Of a DNA stretch of 64,000 bases, positions 27,328 through 41,481 are shown one piece after another (the first letter of the stretch is position 1; every line of letters starts with the position of its first letter). The notes under the pieces were generated by a model that made no database searches, was not told the DNA's origin, and saw only the letters and a program-made list of their open reading frames with translations. This DNA comes from Octopus vulgaris (taxonomy: Eukaryota): NCBI GenBank assembly GCA_951406725.2, contig OX597833.1, positions 16,058,001-16,122,000 on the forward strand, read 5' to 3'. The position numbers were made by a program, and so were the translations under genes.

Positions 27328-28529
27328 CGAGTTTTCTCAGTTTCCTTCAACCAAATTCTGTCACAAAGGTATTTGTCGGTCTGTGGCTATAAAAGAAAAC
27401 ACGTGTTCAATGTACCGCGCAGTGAGACTGAACCCAAAACCAATGGTTGAAAAATCGAGCTTCGTAACCACACAGCCATTCCTACGCTGATATGTTAAGT
27501 ATATTTAGAACGCTGGCTCTGATTATCTATATTTTCATGCAGAAAAGTAGGCATGCGAAATAGCTCGGTGTTACTACCTTAAAAGCTTTCTAGTTAAGGA
27601 ATAGGGAGACGATAAACCAAAACTCTATAGCATTCCTCGCGAATGTCACATCAATATTAAAATAACCAGTAGGTTTAAGAAAATGCTGCAAAAAACTATT
27701 ATCAAAATCCTACAAAAAAAAAACTATCATCAATGTTGTAAGCAGAAAAGGATATCGTTGATATCTATTATCTGTATATCTTGCCTGTTTAATGGAAATA
27801 CTGTAAATCAATAGGACCGGGGGAAAATGAGGAAAAAATAAAGAGAAAGGAATATGAAAGACTAAAAAAATAAATGAAGGACAGAGTAAGCCAGGACAGC
27901 CAGCTTTCATAGAATATCTACTGCTTTCTGTCAATCTCATAAACTCCGGCTATCGCCTATAAAAGTGCTGAAGAGTCCAAGATAAAACGAAAGAATGAGA
28001 GTGAGGATGTAATTGAGTGGAGTGGAGTATGATGTAAATAAAAGAAAGAAAATAAAGCATTTTTTTTTTATCAATATCAAGTAAAATACCTTTACCTTTG
28101 GTTGTAGCGCCACCATCAGCGACATCACTACGAGACAACAGAAGCATCAGCTGAACCATCAACAGCAACGCCAGCCCCTTAAGCAACGGTGTTTGCACCA
28201 CTATAACGATATCGAAAAGTGAAAACCGGTTGTCACAAAAGAATAACAAAATTGTAAAAATATAAAATGAATTGATAACCATTGAAAATAACGCTACAAA
28301 GATTTCAGGTTATGGTATTGGATATGAAGGAGCGAACAATGGAGAGAATAGGCCAATATAATAAAGGGCAAGAAAACGAAGGAAAAAAAAACAACTTAAG
28401 ACAGCTTTAAAAATTATAAGAAATCAGTAACAGTCGACTTCCGATAGATCCAGCTGAGTGTCAATGACTATGAAGTACAGATAAAGATTATCTGAGCCAT
28501 TCACCCTTTCTCTCTCCCTTTATCTCCCA

Positions 28530-28562
<33 letters not shown>

Positions 28563-31395
28563 TTCTCTATCTATCTATCTATCTATCTATCTACCTCTAC
28601 CTTTTTATCTATCTATGTTGAATTCTTGCGCACGCGTGCGTGCATATGTGCCTTAAGTGCGAAAACATATTGTCGCCAAATTAGGCTGAATGTCTTTTTT
28701 TTTTTTTTTGTTAAGCAACAAGACGGGTTAGGGTGATTAGGTGATGGTCTAGGGCTTAGGGGCCGGAGACCCCAGACCTTGAAAATAAAAAACTTTGGTT
28801 GTCTTGTAGTCGAGGGGCTCTTCGTTGACGCCCGACACCACTGGGAGGTGGCCCTCGAAGTCGCTGGAAATGGAGATCTCCAGGTCCAAATTCTTGAACG
28901 GCGGCTGAATGTCTTGTCAGCCGTGCCAAATCTTCAGCGCCCAAACAGGTACACCCAATCGTCTCATTCATACACAAATGACAAAACAGGAAAGTAAAGA
29001 GACGCAGCAACATGGGGATGAAAATCATCACATGCTACCAGATTTGATCATCAATAGGAAACAACAGGTATATTGTACAAACAATACACTTGACTCCCTT
29101 CCTTCGCTATGCTAGTACATCTACCTCTCCTATATATTTGCAGCATATCGCAATTATGTACTAAATAAGCAAAGCAGCGAACATACAGGTTGTGCAAAAC
29201 AAAGACGTACACCTCTTGCACAGCTAATGAAAACACTTATCTTGAGACTGTATGAGAGTAAAACTTACAGTTTTTGTTGTTCCATCATGCTTTAGCCGAG
29301 AAAGATTTTACTGTTATTTGTAACAGGCCGAATGACCGCATCAGTAAGATATAGATAAGGCCGGAAACTATGGGAGAAGGAAACATTGTGTAAATATATC
29401 TAAGTGTTAAGACTGTTGTTCGTTTTATTATCTCAAGTAAAATGGAAATGTAAAGTCGAAACTGGTTGTGGAAGTTAGAACCAGAAGGTAGTGGGCTGTA
29501 ACTTATTACTGTAAGATGTTTTGTCACTTATAACGGAATCACTTGCAATGGGTTGGAACTCATAACCATAGGCAATTAATAACGATATTTTATCTATTGA
29601 CTCATATTCGTTACACCGTTTCTCTCTTTATTTTATAACTTGTTTCAATCACCGGACTACAGCAAAGAATGCTAGTTCTTCTAATTTATCACTCTTTACA
29701 GTTATCATCTTTTAAATTTATTGTACAAAACTGTTCAGCAAATTTTTAAGTTTCACTAATTAGTCACTTTTTCTGTATTTAAAGTAGTAAATTTGCCAAA
29801 TTCTACTTAAATAAGTATAGTGTTATTTGTAAACTATAAAAAAATAATTTTTAATATTCAAATTATAATTTTAGCTGCAATAGGGTTAGGGTTAGGTTTA
29901 GTTTCTTATTCTTTACTTTACTACAAGTAATATCTAGTCCTATACTTTTCCAGGTGAAATAACTTGTTCTGTACTTTTCCGGGTTTATAATCTTAGGAAT
30001 ATTACCTTTTCCTTCTCGCATTTTTCCATGCAATCCATGATTTCTCCAGGCATTGCTGTAATAAGATATAATGTGTCAATTAATAATTTAAGATTTTAAC
30101 TTATAAAATGCTGAAAGATAATATTTCAATTTTTCCATGTAAGTGATGATAATATTTCAGTTTTTTTCTATGTTTAATTTAAATATATGTTGTGATTTAA
30201 TTATTTGATATTACCCATCCACACCAAATTAATGGCAGTGAATTTTACCATCTTGTTAGTTGTACCAAAAATTACAGACAAAACCCCAAAACCATCAGTT
30301 ACCAGGCTCACCTTAAGTAACCTAGATTTTGAGTTAGTGATAATAGCACTGATTACTGCTAATCTAGATGTATCATTAATTATTCAAAAGCATGTCAGAT
30401 ATACACAGGTTAAAATTACCTACATCCCATTGATATAAAAATGATTTATGAAAGATCCCTTTTAATTAATTTTGAAATTTGAAAAGTTTAGGATATAAGC
30501 ACTTTTAATCAATGCCTTTTCTGGAGAGCCTTACTACATGCCTTCAGGTTTGCGCATAGCGACACAGCCAAAAATGACTATACTCCTGCCCCAATAAATT
30601 TAGATGCACATTTCTGAAGCATATAACACTTAAATGAACAAGCCTGATTAAATAATTAATTATAAAGAAAAGGAAAGCGAAAAAAGCGGAAAGCAAGTTA
30701 ATAAAAGCTGAAAGACAAAATTATTAACTTACCCTAATTCAACAGCATATTAAAAATAACTTTATTAAATACTTAATTTTTAAAAAATATATACGAACGG
30801 TAAAATCGACCTCGGTGGAATTTGAACTCAGAACGATAAGACACACGAAATACCGCTAAGTATTTCGACCAACACGCTAATGCTTCTGCCAACAAGCCGC
30901 GTTAGAAGAAAAAACGCATTCATTTTGGAAATATATTCTTATCTTAACATTATAGCTTTGGGCGTTAATTCTTACTTCCTCACTTACTGACAGTAAATTT
31001 CATGACATTTCACTTCATTACTTTTTTCTATTAATTTTTGTTCAATGCGACTAACGATTCTGAATACCTCATGCATTTTTCTATCATTTTAAGCCTAAGA
31101 AATGTATACTTTTATCTTTTATAAATTATGCTAATTGAAGATGAATAGGTGCCTTACTGACCTCTTGAGGTCGCAAATATTTTGATGTAACTTTTTCTAC
31201 TGAACCAAATATCAAACTATTTATGCCAAAGTGTAACTGAGGTGATGTCCTCCCTAAAACCGTTAACAATTTGCAATTTAGTTGAGAACTGAATTAGTGG
31301 TGAAGCTTGGAAGCTGGTGCGATTGACGAAATGGTGGACCTGAGAAAATATTCAACAGCTACCGTGGTTGAATGACATATATATATATATATATA

Positions 31396-31627
31396 GGGAG
31401 AGTTTACGAAAAAAACAAATGACGAAGACAGGTGGAGTACAAAACAAACAGATGTATTAGTATAACGCTCAGGAATAGAAAAGTCATTTACGTTTCGAGC
31501 CGACGCTCTTCTTCAGAAAGGGACACAGAAAAAAAAAACAAAGAGAGAAACAAGGACAGAAAAAATGTGTGTAGTGGCTAACAATCTATCATGGCGACTG
31601 CCGGACAGAAGGGTCACACAGGAGAAC

Positions 31628-31630
<3 letters not shown>
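31396..31630 (-). mobile_element. HHR-A family element; HHR 31485-31520 with canonical CUGAAGA core
   Basis: Minus strand: CUUU-CUGAAGA-a-GAGC(gucg)GCUC-GAAAC-GUA^-AAUG. Confidence 0.8.
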
Positions 31631-31670
<40 letters not shown>

Positions 31671-32537
31671 GCTTCTTTTAGTTTCCTTCTAATCACATTG
31701 CTTTGGCCAGCCCGAGGCTTGCTCAAGTTACCCCGCAATGGTACTGAACCCGGAACCATATACTTGAGAAGCATACTTTTAACCGCACAGCCAGGCAAAA
31801 AACAAAAGTGTATGACTACGACGATGTAAAATGTTCCAACTAATCTCAGATTAAATCATTAGCAAAACAAAAGTCTCTACGAAACATATCTCTTCAAAGT
31901 GCTCTATAATTATAAACCTCCTCAAACAAAATGCTATCGATTATCAACAAGTGTTTTACATGCATGGTTTTCCCCTCTTTCCTTTTCCTTGATTTGCTTC
32001 TGTTTTTTGGGGTTTTTTTCACTCTTTCGCGTGCTTTCCTATTATTTTCATTTTGCTTCAAGGCAGTATTCGTCAACGTACTTCAGTTCAATAGAGGTTT
32101 GTTTGTTATTTTTTTCCGTTTTTTTAGTAGTATTGAAATATGTTATTGCATCTGTTCTCAATATTTTATTTCCATCACGTATCCTGCTTTACACTTCATC
32201 GAAAATGCTTCTTTCATTGGATGTATATTTAGAACTTTATAACTTCCAGTTATTCTCTCAGAAATTTTTATTCGACATCGTGTCTTTCCTCATTCGTTTG
32301 CTTTTATTCTCATCATTCTTCTATATTCTTAGACTAAAGTTAGTATTGCCTGTGGTCCTGAACTGGCAGAATCAATAAAGCGTCGGAAAATCACGCCCTT
32401 GCTATATTTGTTCTACCTCTTTTCGTTCTGAGTTCGAATCCCACTAAGTCACCTTTGACGTACATCAGTCTGAGATTGTCAAAAGCAACGAACTATTCAA
32501 ATAGTATATTTAGTCCTGAATTCATATGAGTCAGCAT

Positions 32538-32958
32538 GGATCTTTTCGGTTTGAACGGCAGTTTTTTCTAGCGGTGTCATATGAATTTGTCACCCATAAT
32601 TATGACCCTAGTATTGATCTATTGCATTTCAATCTGTTTTAGGGTTAGTTAGGGTTAGGGGTGGGGGGAAGGGTATCTATTTTTCTTCAGAAATGTAAAT
32701 AAACCCAATCTGTTTCTTAAACGAGGGACATATTCATACGGCACAGAATGTTTTCACCTCAATAGACGGTCATTGATTGGTTGAAATTGCCGAAATGCAA
32801 GAAATTAAAGACCAAATATCTTACAGGCTATAGAATTTTCTCAATAAAGCCAAGAGAAAAAGATATTTTATAAACACATTCTACCAGTATACGAAGTTTA
32901 AAATTTTTTAGTTACCTAGAAATTATGTTAAAAACTGCCGTTCAAACCGAATAGATCC
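32538..32958. mobile_element. Merlin-like MITE, second copy, interior in opposite orientation
   Basis: Same TIRs; TSD gtcagcat at 32530-32537 and 32959-32966. Confidence 0.85.
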
Positions 32959-33092
32959 GTCAGCATAGTGCACCCACAAGTCAAATTACCACTCAGCCAC
33001 GGAGCTCCAACGACAGGTGAAGTAACCCACAGTTTACTATAAACTGCCGCCATATCATTATTTTGCTTGCATAACTACCAGCTCAACTCAAT

Positions 33093-33678
33093 AAAGCGGC
33101 GAGCTGGCAGAAACGTTAGCACGCCGGGCGAAATGCTTCACAGCATTTCATCTGCCGTTACGTTCTGATTTCAAATTCCGCCGAGGTCGACTTTGCCTTT
33201 TATCCTTTCGGGGTTGATAAATTAAGGACAAGTTACGCACTGGGTCGATATAATCGACTTAATCCGTTTGTCTGTCCTTGTTTGTCTTCTCTGTGTTTAG
33301 CCCCTTGTGGGTAGTAAAGAAATAGAAATAGGTATTTCGTCTGCCGTTACGTTCTGAGTTTAAATTCCGCCGAGGTCGACTTTGCCTTTTATCCTTTCGG
33401 GGTTGATAAAATAAGAACCAGTTACGCACTGGGTCGATATAATCGACTTAATCCGTTTGTCTGTCCTTGTTTATCCACTCTGTGTTTAGCCCCTTGTGGG
33501 TAATAAAGAAACAGGTATTTCGTCTACCGCTACGTTCTGAGTTCAAATTCCGCCAAGGTCGACTTTGCCTTTCATCATTTCGGGGTCGATAAATTAAGTA
33601 CCAGTTGCGTACTGGGGTCGACCTAATCGACTGGCCTCCTCCCCAAAAGTTTCGGGCTTTGTGCCTAGAGCAGAAAAA
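33093..33678 (+). mobile_element. Tandem trimer of SINE family B
   Basis: One head plus repeated units restarting at ggtatttcgtct. Confidence 0.85.
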
Positions 33679-33742
33679 ATAACTACCAACTCAACTCACA
33701 CGCCTATACACAGACGTCATTCAATCATACGTATATACTTTC

Positions 33743-33822
<80 letters not shown>

Positions 33823-34234
33823 TCTCTCCAATGTTGAACTAGACCCAGGCATAACACAAAAGTAGAAGAGATTTCGATATTGCAATAGATTGCTGTCACG
33901 AATTCAATGTTCCCTTTCAAAGTTATTCATGACAGTTACGCTTCGGGTTATAATCCATTCACCAAATCTGACAATGATATATTGGGAAATATTTCCATAC
34001 GTCCAGCATTTTTGTGATTCTGTTACTTTACAAACAACTTTAGAAATGACTATAGGACGATGAACTCCGTGCAATGAAAAAAAAATTTTTTTTTCAATTA
34101 GTTTATTTTACTTATATCAATAATATTCTGATAAAAATTATATCTGAAAAAAGTTTGTCAAATTTCATTTATCTTTTGCAGCTAACATACTTAGTGGCCA
34201 TTAAAACAGAAAACCATACGAGTGCATACATAAG

Positions 34235-34329
<95 letters not shown>

Positions 34330-34371
34330 AAACAAGTCAAGATAGAAAATGCTAAAATAATTTTATAAAGA

Positions 34372-34419
34372 ACATTTCAGTACCGGTTTCAGTCATTTGA
34401 GACCTTTTCAACTGTAACA
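34372..34419 (-). ncRNA. Hammerhead ribozyme motif with U3:A8 core
   Basis: Minus strand: CAG-UUGAAAA-GGUC(ucaaau)GACU-GAAAC(cg)GUA^-CUG, inside a TA-flanked insert (34325-34566). Confidence 0.6.
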
Positions 34420-34564
34420 ATTAAATAATTAAATAATTAAATTTAGAAAAATTAAAAGAAAAGTTTTTTTAAAAGAATATTTGTATAGCGTTCAAATATA
34501 AGTGGTATTTTCCTTGTTTCTGCCTTTCTCTGTCTTTCTTGTTTACACTTGTGGGTTCGAGGTC

Positions 34565-34600
<36 letters not shown>

Positions 34601-34740
34601 TATACATTTAAACACAAGAGAAAACTAACTTTAACAGGTAATTTTTACATGCTAGAAGAAACAGTCAAAAAGACCAACACCACATTTAAGAGCAATATTC
34701 GAAGGGAATAAAAAAACAAACTTTTACCTTGTTATTTTTT

Positions 34741-34813
34741 ACGGTTATACCTAGGTTTCAGATTTCTTTAGCAAATAAAGTAATTTGCTAGGCGAATCCT
34801 CATCAGTAACCGT
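34741..34813 (-). ncRNA. Type I hammerhead ribozyme, canonical core, in PLE 3' region
   Basis: Minus strand: ACGGUUA-CUGAUGA-GGAUU..UAGCAAAU(6)AUUUGCUA..AAUCU-GAAAC(cuag)GUA^-UAACCGU; perfect 7-bp stem I. Confidence 0.85.
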
Positions 34814-35239
34814 GCCATAACATTAACATATAATTTAGAGACAAATAACACGTTTCTCATCATTATGTCTTATAATTTTTCCAAATTCACCGCGCAAGCG
34901 CTGTTTCAGTTGTCAGTAAATGAAAAATGCCGAACCGATCTTCGAAATGCTAAAATCATATTCGTAAAATATATAGGGTGGCAAATATTTTTTGAAATTT
35001 CACCACCTAGCATGTATAAAGGTCAATAGACAATATATGAGCGAAAAATCTACAGAAGGCTTGTATTATATGGTTAAAGATTATATTTAAATCGTTCTGT
35101 TACAAAATTGTTATAAAATTTTGCGTATAGCGACATTGTTTTGGAGAAATAACCGTTTTCTTATTTTCTTTTGAAATTTCTCAAATTTCTTTACCTATAT
35201 TGTGTCAGCTCAATGGGGGAAGTTTCCTTTTTAAAAATG

Positions 35240-35415
35240 TCAGAAATGGTTAAGTTTTGGCTTATACTTTTCAATGTAGTAAGTTTCCTTATTTAACCTA
35301 ACTTGTGTTGGTGTTCCAATGGCACATTGATAAAACGGAACGATTACAAATTGTGGTAGCATTTGCTTTGCGCATTTGTCAATATGTTCACTAAAGGGTA
35401 TCATTCTGTCTGCTG
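35240..35415 (-). pseudogene. Penelope-like element GIY-YIG endonuclease C-terminal fragment
   Basis: IPFSEHIDKCAK...FVIVPFYQC...RLNKETYYIEKYKPKLN; homologous to the end of 53088-53965. Confidence 0.8.
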
Positions 35416-35983
35416 CCGGTGCAGAGTGCATCTGCGTCTTAGCATTTGCACTGAGAACATAAAAACGGACAAAGTACCGCTAAGCATTTTGCCCGGTGTG
35501 CTAACGATTCTACCTTTAAATCACTAATTAATTAACGAAAAATATTTCTAGCTTTCATATCTTGATCAAGTCATACCATAAATATAACTGTTTTATTATA
35601 GCATTTCCCTCACCATATACAGCATAATTACAATAAATTATATCCCGATCACACCACAGTAATTGAAATTTGTATGAAATGATTGATTATTTGAGTCACA
35701 TTTTAATTTAAAACAAAAAATATTAACCTCAGATTTGAAAGCCGTCTTGACAAGTCAATTTTCAGCTGTCATTAACTGTCTTGATTACTAAAGATTACTC
35801 TGCAATTAATTAATATAGATTGATTGACTTCTCAAACTTCATATTGTTTGGTTTTGTATATTTTTCTGAAAATTTTCTGACTGGTCTAATACCTGATATC
35901 TTTACAGAGTCAAATAAATAGAGGTGTATGATTTCTTCTGCATCATGATAAAGGCATTTTCTCAAATAATGTTATCTTTTAAG

Positions 35984-36040
<57 letters not shown>

Positions 36041-36638
36041 GAAAAATCCACCAGAATGAAGGAAAACGCTAATATATGATATATGATATAAGTTATGTGA
36101 TGTATAAAAACATGTAATATACAAATATATATCTGTAAATATAAAACCATCCGAATTTCTGAGTACCTCATTTCTTCTAATATAAAATACCTGTACATCA
36201 TCTCCAAACCTTCTAATATATTCAAATATATACATATGTATTCAAATGTCTCTTTTCTTTAACATCTTTCCTCTTCTTAGACATTCTTTTAACGTGCAAA
36301 TGTTTAATCTCTATCATTTCCAATTGTAGTATTTAAGCTTTATTTTTGGATTGAACTTCAAACCAATTTTTAAACGAAATTAGTGTTTTTCTCAACATTG
36401 ACCAGCTGTACTTTTTAGTAACATATATTTATTAAGGCGGAGAGCTAGTAGAATAATAAGTATGCCGGACAAGATGCTAAGCGACATTTATCCTGATTTT
36501 AGGTTCTCTGTTCAAGTATTGCCGAGATAACATTTGCAGATAAAATAAAACATGAAGCAAGGAATCATGTTGATAATATCGATTTCCATCTTCAGCTCAA
36601 AATTGTTGGTTTTGTATACTCAATTCTATAAACTGTAT

Positions 36639-36707
<69 letters not shown>

Positions 36708-37830
36708 TGTGTGTGCATGTGTGTGACTATATATAAATCAGGCTTATGTTTGAAGTTTGAAATAGCAGTACACTTTTTTATTTGAAAGAAAAAAAAAACT
36801 AAATCGAATGTGTCTGCAATACTTAATCTTCAAGGAAAAATCGTAGAAAGTGCACCTTTAGTTTTTTTTGTTTTTTTTTCTCTTCGTGTTGAAAGGCAAG
36901 ATCCCGTAAAGATAGACTTTCTCTTCCCCTCGGCAATTTACTGATGTTCTACGAACTTTCTTGTGATATAAAACTGAAAGAATTTCTTGCACCATTACCA
37001 CGTCATGTTTTCTCTAAGTGCGCCTTCGTAGTATTGAAATGGGCACAAATGATAATTCTTTTTACTATATACTTGCAATTGGGAGAGTGTGAAGTCGATT
37101 ACATCGAGCCAGTGCTCAACTGGTATTTATTTTATAGACCCCGAGCGTATGAAAGGCAAAGTTTACCGCGGTGGTATTTTGAACTCAGAATAACGGTGCA
37201 TTAGATAACATAGTTTTCTCTGCATTGCATACAACAGGAGGGAAATTAAATACTGATTATACAGAGTGCAAAAGAAAAACACCCTATATTTAGTGCAACT
37301 ATTGCTGTAACCTAGTGAAGTTACGCAGGTGGTAAAGTTGTTTTCAGGGAGCGTTTTTTCAGTTACTATAATCGTATGGATAGCGGCGCAGCTGCGCTTT
37401 CTATTGAAGCGGCTTAGTGATTGTAGAGGATGTTTCTGCTGCATCCTCTATTACAAACTGAATCATAAGCCGTTAAACAAAGGAACAACATCATGTCATT
37501 ATAGCTGTCATTTTTAAAAACGAGTTTAAATTATGAATTAATCATAAAACGAAAAAATTTTAGCTAGTGTTTATTTAGACAATGCGTGAAAATTTTTTTT
37601 AGATTATGTGGGGGGCGGGGAGAGATAGTCTTTTTGTGAGTATATGTGTTCGTGTGTGCGTGATTGATTCTGTGAATGTGCGTATGTGTGAATGCTTCTA
37701 TGAGTTTACGTGCGCGCGCGATTTATTTCTGGGCAAGTGCTTGTGTATATGTGCTTATGCGAATATGTGTATGTGTATGTATATTTGCATGGGTGTATGT
37801 TTCTATGCATATTTATATATATATATATAA

Positions 37831-37941
<111 letters not shown>

Positions 37942-38439
37942 GGGAGTATGGCTCCAAACTTGACTGTGGTGATATTTTGAACTCAGAATGAAGGCCCATT
38001 AGATAATATAGTTTATATTTAGTGCAACTATTGCTGTAACCTAGTAAAGTTACTCAGGTTGTAAAGGTGTCTTCGGGGAGCGCACATAAACTCATATATT
38101 TACACTAAATATATATATATGTTTGAGCAGCCTAATAATGGTTTTATCTCTAATTTAATATTATATATATATATGCATATATATATATATATATGCTTAT
38201 ATGTGTGTGTGTATATGGCTGTGTTGTAAGTAGGTTGCTTTCCAAACCCATGGTTCCGGGTTCAGTCCCACTGCGTGGCACCTTTGTCCCTGCAACATCG
38301 CTTGACAACCGATGCTGGTGTGTTTACGTCCCTGTAACTTATAAGTCCTGGGGTGAATTTGCTCGACTAAAGGCGGTACTCCATCATGATCACAGCCAAA
38401 TGACTGAAACAAATAAAAGAATAAAAGAATATATATGTA

Positions 38440-38479
<40 letters not shown>

Positions 38480-39109
38480 TATATTTATGTGTGTATGTAT
38501 ATATAAATATATACACACATATATATATACATATATGTAAGTATACGTATATATTCGTATATGTAAATGAGTGCGTGTGTGTATATATATGTATATGTAT
38601 ATATATGTATGTAAATATGTAAGTGAGCATATATGTATGGGTATACATATATATATATATAAGCATTTGATTTTACGTATGTGTGTATGAGTGTTTGTAT
38701 GAGTTGTGCAGCTGTATCTTTCTCCTCTTCATTCTACCTCCTTCCTACTTCAGTTTCTTTTCTGATTGTGTGCTATACGAGGGAGTGTTTCTATGTGTGT
38801 TTCTCTGTGTGTTTGTGTGTTAAGTTCACGTATAAGTATGGGTATTTTGATGTGTGTGTATGTTTTACTTGAAACGAAATATTAATAGCCTTGTGACCTC
38901 AATTTATGATGACCTCAGGGCCATCTGCAAAAAGGACTATATTTTCACACTTTTAGATTTTTACTTTGTATTTTGACCTATTGCAGTCTTTTTAAAATAT
39001 ATGTGTGTGTACGTAGATATGAACAAGTATGTGTATATGGATGTGTGTGTGCGTACGTGCGTGTGTGTATGTGTAGCTTTCTAACAGCCATAATAACTCC
39101 GAGACAAAA

Positions 39110-39686
39110 ACTAATATTTTGTCACTAGGCAAACAATTTCGAGGAAGGTGTGTAAGTCTGTTACATCGACCCTAGTATTCAACTGGTACAAAAGCGACCA
39201 CTAAAGCCTGACAAACAAAGTCGAACTAGGCAGAATTTCATCTTAAAATGTAAAGATGGACGAAATACCTATTTCTTTACTACCCACAAGGGGCTAAACA
39301 CAGAGGGGACAAACAAGGATAGACAAACGGATTAAGTCGATTATATCGACCCCAGTGCGTAACTAGTACTTATCTAATCGACCCCGAATGGATGAAACGC
39401 AAAGTCGATCTCGGCGGAATTTGAACTCAGAACGTAACGGCAGGCGAAATACCTATTTCTTTACTACCCACAAGGGGCTAAACACAGAGGGGACAAACAA
39501 GGACAGACAAACGGATTAAGTCGATTATATCGACCCCAGTGCGTAACTGGTATTTAATTTATCGACCCCGAAAGGATGAAAGGCAAAGTGGACCTCGGCG
39601 GAATTTGAACTCAGAACGTAACGGCAGGTGAAATACTGCCAAGCATTTTGCCTGGCCTGCCAAATTTTCTGCCAACCTACCGCCTT
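39110..39686 (-). mobile_element. Tandem trimer of SINE family B
   Basis: Repeated units with the standard junction. Confidence 0.85.
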
Positions 39687-40073
39687 AGAAAACAATATTA
39701 TATTAAAGGAAATCTGACACTGATAAAAGAATTGTTTGAAAATTGATTTTAAGCAAGAAAATCGATCCCAAATCAGAGACCCTTTTTTAAAAATGAAACA
39801 AAGAATGATCACAGAGTCACGCAACGGAGTCACGATACGATTTGTTAACATCTAAACATCAAAGTAGGGAAAGAAATCATCAGAAAAGGCATTCTAATTC
39901 TGTTTTTATATTTTTAGATATATATTTATAGGCGAGGTTGTTTGGTACATTGGGCAGGTATGTTCAACTATAGTATCGGTGAGTGGAATAGGTTGACGGA
40001 AAGCGGAAATAGACCGGTGCTCGCGCGTGCGCAAGTGTATGTGTTTGAGCCTTTATATCTGTACCCTACTACC

Positions 40074-40306
40074 TATTTCTTTACTACCCACAAGGGGCTA
40101 AACACAGAGTGGACAAACAAGGACAGACAAACGGATTAAGTCGATTATATCGACCCCAGTGCGTAACTGGTACTTAATTAATCGACCCCGAAAGGATGAA
40201 AGGAAAAGTCGACCTCGGCGGAATTTGAACTCAGAACGTAACGGCAGAGGAAATACGGCTACGCAATTCGTCCGACGTGCTAACGTTTCTGCCAGCTCGC
40301 CGCCTT
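40074..40306 (-). mobile_element. SINE family B
   Basis: Full reverse-complement match. Confidence 0.85.
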
Positions 40307-41481
40307 ATATCTGCCCCCTACTACCGCTTGACAACCAGTATCGATGTGACTACATTCCCGTAACGGGGATGGCTAAAGTGGAGACCGATATAATAAGCAC
40401 TAGGCTTACAAAGAATAAGTCCTCGTGTCGATTTGCTCGACTGAAGGCATTGGTCCAGTATGGCCGCAGTCAAATGACTGAAACAAATAAAAGAACTGTT
40501 TTTAGATTACACTTCTGTCACATGGGACCGAGTGTCACTGATGAGGTCACAGAATGTGTGACGAAAGAACTTTGACAGACGCGTAAACTAAAAATAATAC
40601 GAATACAAGCAAAAGTGAAAATCAAATATACAGTGCGTGTGTTCCATTGGCAAAAAAATGACCGTCCCAAAGTATAATAATATATATTATATTTTTATAT
40701 ATTTTCGACTTTAGTTGAAGGACTTATATCGATTAGCCTTATCCCCTCGCATTCGGCGACAATATAAAAAGTTCCTCGGACATTACGGCATTGAGTCCAG
40801 TTACCATGACGTATAAATGACTAAGATCATAACATTCCACCTGAACGGGATGGCAATTCCTGGCTGGGTTTCTTGCCCAGATCCCACATTGTTCAGAACA
40901 TTATGGATGGCTGCTGAAACGCTTGTTTGCAACCCAAACAGAATCTTAGATCGTCGACCCGTGTAATCACAGACGAATTCGTGATTAGCGTTACACGCTT
41001 CACAATTTAGCGTACAGCGATAAATGCATCAGTGATAAACGAGGATAGATGAACCAAACCATGTTATATAAAGTGTTTTCTCAAGAACAAAACGCACTGT
41101 TTAGTCCGGAAATCGAAATCACAACCTTGCGATAATAAGGACCACAGCATAACCACCAGGGACGTGTCTTCACATATATTTCAGAGATAGACAGTTATAC
41201 CAATATGTGGAATAAGGCGGCAAGCTGGCAGAATCGTTAGCGCGGCATTTCGTCAAATTGCTTGGCGGCATTTTATCCGTCTTTACACTCTGAGTTCAAA
41301 TTCCGTCAAGGTCGACTTTGCTTTTCATCGTTTCGGGGTCGATAAAATCAAGTACCAGTTGAGTACTGGAATCGACTTACTCTTCTCCAGCCACCGACCC
41401 ATTATTGCTGGTCTCGTGCCAAAATTTGAAATCAGTATGAATGTACGGATTAGTAAATTACTTCAAAGAACTAGCGAGGAA

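Noticed and set aside
27950-28282. Signal-peptide-like ORF followed by a GT donor
   Set aside because: The hydrophobic run comes from the antisense of a decayed (CAN)n low-complexity tract; no supporting downstream exon
33093-33678. CRISPR-like regular repeats
   Set aside because: Contiguous SINE units with no unique spacers, eukaryotic context, no cas genes
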